Assembly: GCA_049652385.1 (NCBI GenBank) | Contig: JBASDX010000001.1 | Coordinates: forward strand, 28,698 to 92,697 | DNA length: 64,000 nucleotides | Direction of reading: 5' to 3' | From: Bacteroidales bacterium | GTDB taxonomy: Bacteria > Bacteroidota > Bacteroidia > Bacteroidales > UBA932 | Shown: positions 1-7,491 of the stretch, piece after piece | How positions within the stretch are numbered: the first letter of the stretch is position 1 | Layout: the number at the start of each line of letters is the position of its first letter | Made by a program: the position numbers and the translations under genes | The notes under the pieces: model-generated | Databases searched by the model: none | What the model saw: the letters and a program-made list of their open reading frames with translations, nothing else | Told to the model about the DNA's origin: nothing

Positions 1-129
1 TGGTGTTGCCCCAAAATTCCTTCTATATTCACGCTCAGAAATCAGTTCGGCAATTTCTGTATAATGCAAGGCTCTTTTTTCTTCTTCTAAAACTTTAGCT
101 ATTGCTTCTTTCCAGGTTAGTTCTTTCAT
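1..129 (-). CDS. Partial CDS (first 43 codons, continues off the window): HARE-HTH / Mrr_N-like winged-helix protein
   Basis: ATG at 129-127. My own translation is MKELTWKEAIAKVLEEEKRALHYTEIAELISEREYRRNFGATP. The pattern (short helix, then xxYxEIxxxI) is typical of HARE-HTH N-termini of restriction-associated proteins. Same strand as the helicase gene and 42 nt downstream of its stop. Confidence 0.4.
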   Translation of the reverse strand, partial: MKELTWKEAIAKVLEEEKRALHYTEIAELISEREYRRNFGATP

Positions 130-171
130 GGTTTTTGAGTTTTATTACGATAAAATTTCGTCTTATACGTA

Positions 172-2700
172 TTAGTTATATTGATCCACAGGTTCATTGA
201 CAAATGTTTTTTCATAGTCACTTCTGCTGAGGACGGTGTCGTATAGTCCAACTTCTTCTCCTTCGTGTTTATTGATTCCAATATACTCCAAGCTGGCATC
301 TTCATATCTCTTGAATTTATAAACAGCGTCGTTCATCAGCGCCGAATTAAAAACATTTAGGCTAACAAGAAGCTCAAAATCTTTTACTGCCAGCCCTGTA
401 ACTTTTTTGAAAAGACCCGGCTCAAGCTGCGTGATAACATCTTTCAAGCTCCTTTCCCTAAAATCTGTTAGGTACATAAAAACCGGAACCCGGGTAGCGA
501 ACTTGATGAGTTTCTCTTGAATTTGTTTTCTCAAGCTCTTGTATTCCTTTTCTTCTTCTGTCAGTTCCTTTTTTTCTGCCTTAGAAAGCTTGCCGTCGTT
601 CGCTTCTTTCTTCGCTTTTTTAACGCTTTCTGATTTATTGATAATGGTTTCGATATCTTGATTCAAACTCCGAAATCCTTCAATATTCATTAAAGCATTC
701 ATGGCTTCTTCATTAGCCATCAAGCGGGCCAGTGTATTGTTGTCCACATTAACCAGCAAAGCACTTTCCCACCGCCTTGCCAGAAGCGTAGCGGTTGTGC
801 CACTCATGGCAATATCTAAAACTCCTGCAGCATCTATTTGTTTCATGGAACTTCCGTCATAAGCCAGTACGGGTAAGAAGTTGATGAAATCTGCCACATT
901 CTTTTCAGGATTAGCTTCATTAACATTCAGGCGACATGCATAATCAGCGATTTGTCGTAGAGCTCTATTAGGTGCAAAATCAAAGACATAGCACTCTTCT
1001 TTTAATATGTCCTCTTTGTTAGGTGATTTACTGTCTGGATTTTTGATGCCCCAAGGTGTTTGTACCCGGAATGCTGCTTGAAAATAAGTTTCTGGACTAG
1101 ATGAATTCCTCAACATAAAGATTCCTGTCCAAGGTTTTACGGAAACACCTGTAGTCAATTTGCCACAAGATAGGGTAATGGTTTTTGATTCCAATGGGTT
1201 GTCAGTCATGGCGTCTAGAACGGGTGGCAAAGCTTGTACGCCAATACCCGCTTGTGTTCCCGCTGCCACTACTACCGTAAAATCGTGGTAAAACCTATTT
1301 TGCCTTTGCCTTAATAAATTAGCCATCGCGTAGCAAGCTGCTACGGAAGGTAGAAACCAAAAAGTATGGTTCAAGACGTTCAGCAATGGGGCGTGAGAAA
1401 ACGGTAACGGAGGTTTTTTAGCTCCCATTTTTAAGTGGTCAACAGTGGTTTCACTAAAGGATCCGCGAATTAAATCCAACCATTTTTGGACTTCATCCTC
1501 ATATGTAAACCTTGCCTTGGAACGCTCACCTTCTGCTGCAAAAAATACGTTCAAATCAAAACCGTCAAATTCACCCATATCGGCTATCCGGCTGATGGAG
1601 TCCGGCAGTTGGTAAGTCATCATAACCATGCGAGGCAAAGGTGCATAAGGGTTTTCTCCTTTGCTTTCATCCCACTCTTCTTTTGCTTTTTGCTCGTCTG
1701 AATACGTCCAGTTAAAGATTTGTTCTTCAATAAATTCACCCGTTGCTATAGCACGAAAAGGCGTACCCGATAGATACAAATAGTGATTGGTGGTGATAGG
1801 GATTGTATCTACATCAAAGTAGTCCATGCCTTCACCCACCCCAAAGGCAATTTCTCTATTGCCTTCTGCTTCAAAAAGTTCTTTGGCATTGTCCCGCCAG
1901 GCGCCATAATGGTATTCGTCAAAAATCACACAATCCCAGTGGGTAGCGTGCACCCATTCGTTTTTTGTTTTGATGCCACCCGTACTTGTGTTTTTACCAA
2001 GATAATCTTGAAACGAGCCAAAACAAACAAATGGTTTATGCATATCGGCGTCTTCATAGCTCAATCCATTGCGCGAGATAAATTGCCATCCTTTAAAATC
2101 TACGTGGGTCAATAAATCTTCCTCCCAAGCGCTTTGTACGGCAGGTTTAAAGGTGAGTACCAAGACTTTTGTCCATCCCATTTTTTTTGCCAATTGATAG
2201 CTTGCAAAAGTTTTTCCAAAGCGCATCTTAGCATTCCAGAGAAAATGAGGCGTTTTCTCGGGGTTTTCTTTTGTATAGCTTTTGAAATACACCATAGTCT
2301 TTTTAACGGCATCTTCTTGCTCGGGTCGCATCTTGAACGAATGCGTTCGGTTGGTTTCCGTGCGTTCTCCCGTTTTGATTTCCCAAATGGCCCTGCGTAA
2401 ATCGTTCAGACCACATACAAACCATTCACCTTCTGGGTTTTGGAAACCTTGCTCACGCAATTGGCGATGCACATCATGGTCGCTGAAACAGCTACCATCG
2501 CGCTTCATGGCCGATTCTTCAAACACGATTTTATAAGGAATGGCTGCTGTGCCCAGTTGCTCTTTGATACGTGTTTGAGCGTCACGGTCTGTGTAGCCTA
2601 TCTTTAACCACCCTTTGTGCGTTGCTACACCTACTAGCTCATATGCATAGATGGTAGGTTTAGTAACGGGCCGAGCCGGGAAAAACTCTTTCTTACTCAT
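172..2700 (-). CDS. GIY-YIG (T5orf172-type) nuclease domain fused to an SF2 DEAD/DEAH (ResIII-like) helicase; putative restriction/translocase subunit
   Basis: 842-aa ORF. N-terminus TIYAYELV...WLKIGYT...R..E...EWF matches the GIY-YIG/T5orf172 pattern. Walker A is KMRFGKTF, motif II is VIFDEYH, and helicase C-terminal motifs follow. Sits next to a methyltransferase gene. Confidence 0.8.
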   Translation of the reverse strand: MSKKEFFPARPVTKPTIYAYELVGVATHKGWLKIGYTDRDAQTRIKEQLGTAAIPYKIVFEESAMKRDGSCFSDHDVHRQLREQGFQNPEGEWFVCGLNDLRRAIWEIKTGERTETNRTHSFKMRPEQEDAVKKTMVYFKSYTKENPEKTPHFLWNAKMRFGKTFASYQLAKKMGWTKVLVLTFKPAVQSAWEEDLLTHVDFKGWQFISRNGLSYEDADMHKPFVCFGSFQDYLGKNTSTGGIKTKNEWVHATHWDCVIFDEYHYGAWRDNAKELFEAEGNREIAFGVGEGMDYFDVDTIPITTNHYLYLSGTPFRAIATGEFIEEQIFNWTYSDEQKAKEEWDESKGENPYAPLPRMVMMTYQLPDSISRIADMGEFDGFDLNVFFAAEGERSKARFTYEDEVQKWLDLIRGSFSETTVDHLKMGAKKPPLPFSHAPLLNVLNHTFWFLPSVAACYAMANLLRQRQNRFYHDFTVVVAAGTQAGIGVQALPPVLDAMTDNPLESKTITLSCGKLTTGVSVKPWTGIFMLRNSSSPETYFQAAFRVQTPWGIKNPDSKSPNKEDILKEECYVFDFAPNRALRQIADYACRLNVNEANPEKNVADFINFLPVLAYDGSSMKQIDAAGVLDIAMSGTTATLLARRWESALLVNVDNNTLARLMANEEAMNALMNIEGFRSLNQDIETIINKSESVKKAKKEANDGKLSKAEKKELTEEEKEYKSLRKQIQEKLIKFATRVPVFMYLTDFRERSLKDVITQLEPGLFKKVTGLAVKDFELLVSLNVFNSALMNDAVYKFKRYEDASLEYIGINKHEGEEVGLYDTVLSRSDYEKTFVNEPVDQYN

Positions 2701-2797
2701 TTTCGTTCTTTTTATGCATTGGTTTGCTTATGTTTTTTTACCTGCAATAGATTTATTTTTTTTTAGTATTACCGTTGGCGGCAAGCATTTTCAAAGC

Positions 2798-2812
2798 GTG
2801 ACAATTTGTCAC
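2798..2812. promoter_or_regulatory. Perfect 15-bp palindrome GTGACAATTTGTCAC between the methyltransferase and helicase genes (candidate operator)
   Basis: Read directly: arms GTGACAA and TTGTCAC around a central T. Lies 98 nt upstream of the helicase start codon. Confidence 0.35.
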
Positions 2813-2934
2813 ACTTTCATTTTTTTTAATTTCGAGTCTTTGCTTTCTGTTAAAAACCATTTTTCCTGTTCGTCACTCCACAGAGTACGCACCTGCTTGT
2901 CCTCAAAGACTTGTATGGATTCTTTTTTACTCAT
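2809..2934 (-). pseudogene. 41-codon ORF; possible truncated remnant of a BRO-N/antirepressor-like gene
   Basis: My own translation is [41 protein letters not shown]. Its ATG overlaps the methyltransferase stop (GATGAGTAA). The N-terminal motif F-x-x-K-x-VR-x-x-W-x-D-E-x-E-K-W resembles N-termini of longer DNA-binding proteins seen in R-M loci; this is from memory, not searched. Confidence 0.25.
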
Positions 2935-4456
2935 CTGTGTCATCTTCCGTGTTTAAATCCATAGGACGAATCATACTTTCAATGAAATCTATTTCTTCTT
3001 GGGTTAAACCGTATTTTTTGTAAAGTTTTTCGTCTGTCCAAGGTTCAGAGAAATCTTGAGCAGGCACAAACTGATACACACCTCTTGCAGCATTTTGAGT
3101 GTTTTTCTTAAACAAAACTAAAAATCGAAAAAATTTAGTGTTAATATAACTAATTACATTCTTTGCAATTATTTCATTCGAATAAGGCCCTATAAGTAAA
3201 TAGGTTTCTGAGCAGACTGTCCACTTCTCTCCAAGAAAGGGTTGTCCCAAAACTCTATACGGGAATGATCCTCTCTCACCATATGCTTTGGCAATAAAAA
3301 CTTTGAATTCTTTTATCCATTCCGTATTTTGGATAATGGATCCCTTATCAATATACCCGTTGTTAGGATAAGAATATATTTTAACACTATTAGCAAATTT
3401 TTTATTTTTAGGTTTTACGGAACTAACTATACCAAAAGGTTTTCTCGAACTAATTTGTTTAAAAAATTGATCTTCCTTCTTTTGAGCTATTTTTCTTATT
3501 ATTGGTATGGACTCATTAAAACGAATAAAGCTATCAGTATTTTTTTCAAGCAAAGGTCTCTTAAGTCTGGATTCCTCTCCTTTTCTTATCGAGACGACCT
3601 CACAATCACCATAATAAGCCTTTTCCCATAGAAAATAACAAACGCCACCTGATATATCAACACCTGGAAAACACTCGGTTGAATCAAAATAATCAACTAG
3701 TTTTGAAATTCTTCTATCATTTAACATTTCCTCCCTGAATTCATCCAATCCTTTTCCTCCAGCGAACCAACGAGATGGGATAATCATTGAAAGATATTTA
3801 GGACTCATTTTTTTTGCCTGTTGAATAAATTTCTGATATATAGGTGTTGCGCTTGTACCCATACCTCCTCCATCACTCAGCTGATAAGGTGGATTGCCTA
3901 TAATGACATCAAACTTCATATTAAATATTTTTTCCGGGTTCTTTGTATGAATAAAGTTATAAGCATAAGTCTCTAACGCATCATCACGGTCGTATACGTC
4001 TTGGCTTGCACCGCAATAAGAACATTTTCCATCTTGCCAGGTATGTTGCATGCGCTTGTAATAGATATTGCCTTGTTCGTTATCAAAGGCTTCACAAACA
4101 GAGTATTTACCATTGGCTGTTTTAGAGCAATAGACACTTCTGCGCGAAAGAAAAGAGGTGAGTTCCGTAATGGCTATGCCATAGAGTTGCTTGCTGAAAA
4201 TATGGTTAATACGTTCTTGCTTGTCGGGTATTTTGGTTTCCAGGCCGTGCATGAGCCTCTTTGCCATCTCTCGCAAGAACACGCCCGTTTTACTTACAGG
4301 GTCCAGAAAGCGGGCGTTTGGATTACTCCACAACTCGGCAGGCAATAAATCCAGCATGTCGTTTACCAAATGGGGTGGCGTAAACACCTCGTCGTTGCTT
4401 AAGTTGGCAAGGCAGGTGAGCACATCGGGATTATAATTTGTTTGCATCATCACCAA
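2927..4456 (-). CDS. Eco57I-family N6-adenine DNA methyltransferase
   Basis: 509 aa. Motif X is [14 protein letters not shown], motif I-like is [12 protein letters not shown], and the catalytic motif IV is IIGNPPYQ. A long C-terminal region could be the target-recognition part. Confidence 0.85.
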   Translation of the reverse strand: MVMMQTNYNPDVLTCLANLSNDEVFTPPHLVNDMLDLLPAELWSNPNARFLDPVSKTGVFLREMAKRLMHGLETKIPDKQERINHIFSKQLYGIAITELTSFLSRRSVYCSKTANGKYSVCEAFDNEQGNIYYKRMQHTWQDGKCSYCGASQDVYDRDDALETYAYNFIHTKNPEKIFNMKFDVIIGNPPYQLSDGGGMGTSATPIYQKFIQQAKKMSPKYLSMIIPSRWFAGGKGLDEFREEMLNDRRISKLVDYFDSTECFPGVDISGGVCYFLWEKAYYGDCEVVSIRKGEESRLKRPLLEKNTDSFIRFNESIPIIRKIAQKKEDQFFKQISSRKPFGIVSSVKPKNKKFANSVKIYSYPNNGYIDKGSIIQNTEWIKEFKVFIAKAYGERGSFPYRVLGQPFLGEKWTVCSETYLLIGPYSNEIIAKNVISYINTKFFRFLVLFKKNTQNAARGVYQFVPAQDFSEPWTDEKLYKKYGLTQEEIDFIESMIRPMDLNTEDDTDE

Positions 4457-5093
4457 GTTTTAAGAAGTGAATAAGCGGAAAGTCTTTTATGGGTTCGTCA
4501 ATAGAAGCGGCTTGTCCCTCGTCATTGAAGAGTGAAAATTGATGGGTTTTCTCTACCAAGAACTTAAATACATAATCTCTACGCTTCATCATAAAACCGT
4601 TGACAGCGCTCCATTCTGAAAAAACGATGGGCTCTTTAGTCACCGGATTCGTAAAATCCAGGGCATCGCCCCAAAGAATATTTCTGTTTAACAAGAAACG
4701 AATACTTCGTTTGCATTCCTCTTTACAATTTTCTTTAAACAAAGCGTGGTACCGCTCGTTAAAAATGGTAAATAGGCGCTCTCTGCATTCCCGGGCGTTG
4801 TCTTCTAATATTTCTACTCCATAAATGCTAGATATAGCTAGGACAGCATAACGCTCCCAGTCAAATTGGTTTTTACTGTATTGCCGGTCAACCACACTGA
4901 GTTTCCTTTTGAGTATTTCTGCAAGAAAGTTGCCGTTTCCACAAGCAGGCTCTAAGAAGCGAGAGTCTATGCGTTCCGTTTCATGTTTTACCAAATCAAG
5001 CATTGCATTTACTTCCCGCTCGTTAGTAAACACTTCTCCGTGGTCTGCAACCCTTTTTTTGGATTTTACTTGTTTGCTTGCTTGTTGTGTCAT
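4431..5093 (-). CDS. Methyltransferase-like protein with a SAM-binding half only (no NPPY catalytic motif)
   Basis: 220 aa. [17 protein letters not shown] (motif X-like), [12 protein letters not shown] (motif I), IYGVEI, ILWGDAL. The protein ends without any (D/N)PPY motif. Overlaps the next methyltransferase gene by 26 nt. Confidence 0.6.
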   Translation of the reverse strand: MTQQASKQVKSKKRVADHGEVFTNEREVNAMLDLVKHETERIDSRFLEPACGNGNFLAEILKRKLSVVDRQYSKNQFDWERYAVLAISSIYGVEILEDNARECRERLFTIFNERYHALFKENCKEECKRSIRFLLNRNILWGDALDFTNPVTKEPIVFSEWSAVNGFMMKRRDYVFKFLVEKTHQFSLFNDEGQAASIDEPIKDFPLIHFLKLGDDANKL

Positions 5094-5099
5094 TTCGCT

Positions 5100-6929
5100 T
5101 TAATATTCACTAACATCCTCTTCCTCATTGATATAAATACCTTCCTCTTCGTTGCTTTTCTCACGAGCAATGGTTTTCCCCATGGCTTTTTCTATGCGTT
5201 GTAAAATACGCTCTTGCCTGTCTTTGAAAAAGCCATAAAAATCATCTTGATACAGAAAATCCGGATTGACTACATGAGTTTCTAATATTTCAATGAATTC
5301 ATCATCTGAAACATTTAATTTTTTCTTCAGACGATCCAGATATTTACTGGGTGCATCTCCGCTTACAAATCGATTAGTTCTACCCGACAAAGGTGTTTTA
5401 TTGATAATAGAGTCATAGGAACTTCGTGGAATAGCATTCTCCGCTTTTTCGCACCACGCAATAGGAAATATATGATGAATATCTATAGATTCTGAAAAAT
5501 AAGTGCTGAAATCAATTTTTGTCCCAGAGAGCCAGTCACGGGTGTTGTTATCTAATAAGACGGCATAGACTCCTTTGTACGCAGCACTGTTTCTTGTTCT
5601 TAGTGTAAGTAATCGAGACGGAACAAAGTTCGCGTCAAAAATAGTTTTTGGTTCGGGCCCGTTATTACTTATCCAATCTATAACCTGTACAATATCGAGG
5701 GCATATCTTGTTTCGTTGGCAGAACCATATAGTTCTCCAAAAACACCACACCAGAACCAACGCATAAGCTTATTCTTATTGCCGATATTGTCAATTTCAT
5801 TTCCTAATTGTGAAAGAATAGCTGCCATGGGAACCAGTTGAGTCGTGTAAGGAACGTCTCTTGAGTGAAATATGTGGTTTTCAACAAGTATTTTGGATGC
5901 TTTGATAAAACCTTCTGCTACCTGCTCTTTATATTTCAAATAATCGGGAAGTTCCAGATTTAACATTTCCTTTCTCTTTGCGCTTACCGCAGGGAGATTT
6001 TCTTTTTGACCGCTAAGCTCATGATAGATTCTACTCCTGTAGGTGGAGACAAGAGTGACAGCCTGAATAAAATCCGTTTCACTGGTTTTGTCCAATACTT
6101 TGTACGGTTTAAATTGTGTTTTGATATGTAACCAGTCTTCTTTTAAGTCAAATTCTTCAGAAGCAAAAGTGGCGGTAAGGAGCTCAAAGACGGTAAGTGA
6201 TACCCCACCGGTATTGACTTTTTCAAATACTTGACAAACAGCTTCTTTGGGGTTCTCCTTAGTCATTTGAATAACAGGCAGTGAATAATTGTTGAATCCT
6301 AGAATAATTTTTTTGTGAAACTCATTCCAGAATTTGATTTTTTCTTTATCATAATCCCAATACTCAAAAAAAGCAGGAAACCACGTGTCGTATTCATCTA
6401 CCATGCTTACAGGGTACATGAGACTTTCAAATTCCTTTTCTTGTGTTGTGAGATCTAATACAATATCACGCCCGATATTCTCGGTAATTATTTTATTCTC
6501 GTTGATGGAAAAGATGGCTTCCTCAAGATCGGTTCCGGGGTCAAGGGCTTTTTGCATATCAATATAATACCATCTCTTGATTTCATATCCTTTGGCATTT
6601 TTGGTTGTTACAACCTTGTTTGATATGATAGCCTGATATAGAGAGGTAAGACGTTGTTGTCCATCAAGGATTAGCAATTCAGGTTTGCTGGAATTTGTTA
6701 ATGGAGCACCTTCTACCATTTTTGTCTTGAAACGAACAGACTCATTTCCTGTTTCAAGTAACATCACGGCTCCAATAGGGAAGGATTTAGCAACACTTGC
6801 CAATATGCCTTTTATTCGATTGTCATCCCAGACCCATCCTCTCTGAAAATCTGGCAGTTGAATTTTCCCTATATGTATGTTTTTTAGAATTTCATAAAGA
6901 CTTGTCTTCTTTGAATCAAAAGTTTCCAT
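5100..6929 (-). CDS. GmrSD-type enzyme: DUF262 (ParB-like NTPase) N-domain + DUF1524 His-Me finger nuclease C-domain
   Basis: 609 aa. Contains LPDFQRGWVW and the LILDGQQRLTSL (DGQQR) motif, plus C-terminal IDIHHIFP...INKTPLSGRTN. Its stop is 6 nt from the next gene start. Confidence 0.85.
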   Translation of the reverse strand: METFDSKKTSLYEILKNIHIGKIQLPDFQRGWVWDDNRIKGILASVAKSFPIGAVMLLETGNESVRFKTKMVEGAPLTNSSKPELLILDGQQRLTSLYQAIISNKVVTTKNAKGYEIKRWYYIDMQKALDPGTDLEEAIFSINENKIITENIGRDIVLDLTTQEKEFESLMYPVSMVDEYDTWFPAFFEYWDYDKEKIKFWNEFHKKIILGFNNYSLPVIQMTKENPKEAVCQVFEKVNTGGVSLTVFELLTATFASEEFDLKEDWLHIKTQFKPYKVLDKTSETDFIQAVTLVSTYRSRIYHELSGQKENLPAVSAKRKEMLNLELPDYLKYKEQVAEGFIKASKILVENHIFHSRDVPYTTQLVPMAAILSQLGNEIDNIGNKNKLMRWFWCGVFGELYGSANETRYALDIVQVIDWISNNGPEPKTIFDANFVPSRLLTLRTRNSAAYKGVYAVLLDNNTRDWLSGTKIDFSTYFSESIDIHHIFPIAWCEKAENAIPRSSYDSIINKTPLSGRTNRFVSGDAPSKYLDRLKKKLNVSDDEFIEILETHVVNPDFLYQDDFYGFFKDRQERILQRIEKAMGKTIAREKSNEEEGIYINEEEDVSEY

Positions 6930-7221
6930 AATAGAATATTCGATAATTGATTTAAGTATTAGTTGTCCTTGAGCCGAAGCTGTTTATTTTCGGGTTTACT
7001 AGATATATTCAAATTTATGAAAAAACCCTCTGAGCACAAAAACCACTAATCCCCAAATAGTTTTATCAGAAGATATTTCTTGAAGGCTCAAGCGCGATGG
7101 AGTATCATTTAAATTTTGGCTTTTCAAAAAGCATGGAAGCACCGTCAAGTAGACACCCTAATATAATCAATACTATCAGCAACATAATAGACAGTTATTA
7201 ATAGGTTGGTAATTACGCCAC

Positions 7222-7260
7222 TTAAAATAAAAAAGCCCTACGTCAAAACATGACGTAGGC
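7222..7260 (-). terminator. Rho-independent terminator-like hairpin
   Basis: CCTACGTCA-aaaca-TGACGTAGG stem, followed on the minus strand by CTTTTTTATTTT. Confidence 0.5.
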
Positions 7261-7262
7261 AT

Positions 7263-7352
7263 ATTTATGCAACGCATAAAAGCGTTAAACGACAGTGACA
7301 CAGCAGCTTGTAAGAAATGGTCCTGCGGGGTACGACTTCTCATAATTAGCAG
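7263..7352. repeat. Intergenic repeat core, copy A (about 90 nt)
   Basis: ATTTATGCAACGCATAAAAGCGTTAAA...GGTCC...CATAATTAGCAG. 74 of 90 positions are identical to 10565-10654 in my hand alignment. Confidence 0.8.
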
Positions 7353-7400
7353 TAAATCAGCAAAATGAGCACTTTATGCGACGCATGAAAAGCTGTCGGT

Positions 7401-7450
7401 AACAAAAAAGCGGAAGCCTCTGCCCGTTCCCTTTGCTTCCGCGTTTTGTT
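7401..7450. repeat. Conserved hairpin AACAAAAAAGCGGAAGC-loop-GCTTCCGCGTTTTGTT, copy A
   Basis: Inverted repeat read directly. The same arms recur at 9793-9841 and, degenerate, at 12384-12435. Confidence 0.8.
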
Positions 7451-7491
7451 ATGGTAGCGCCTAATTAAAAAATTGATCAGACACTAAAGTT

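Noticed and set aside
4431-5093. The two methyltransferase-like ORFs as one gene broken by a frameshift
   Set aside because: Each ORF has its own motif X and motif I, so a fusion would duplicate the SAM-binding half. The 26-nt overlap with a proper ATG looks like translational coupling.
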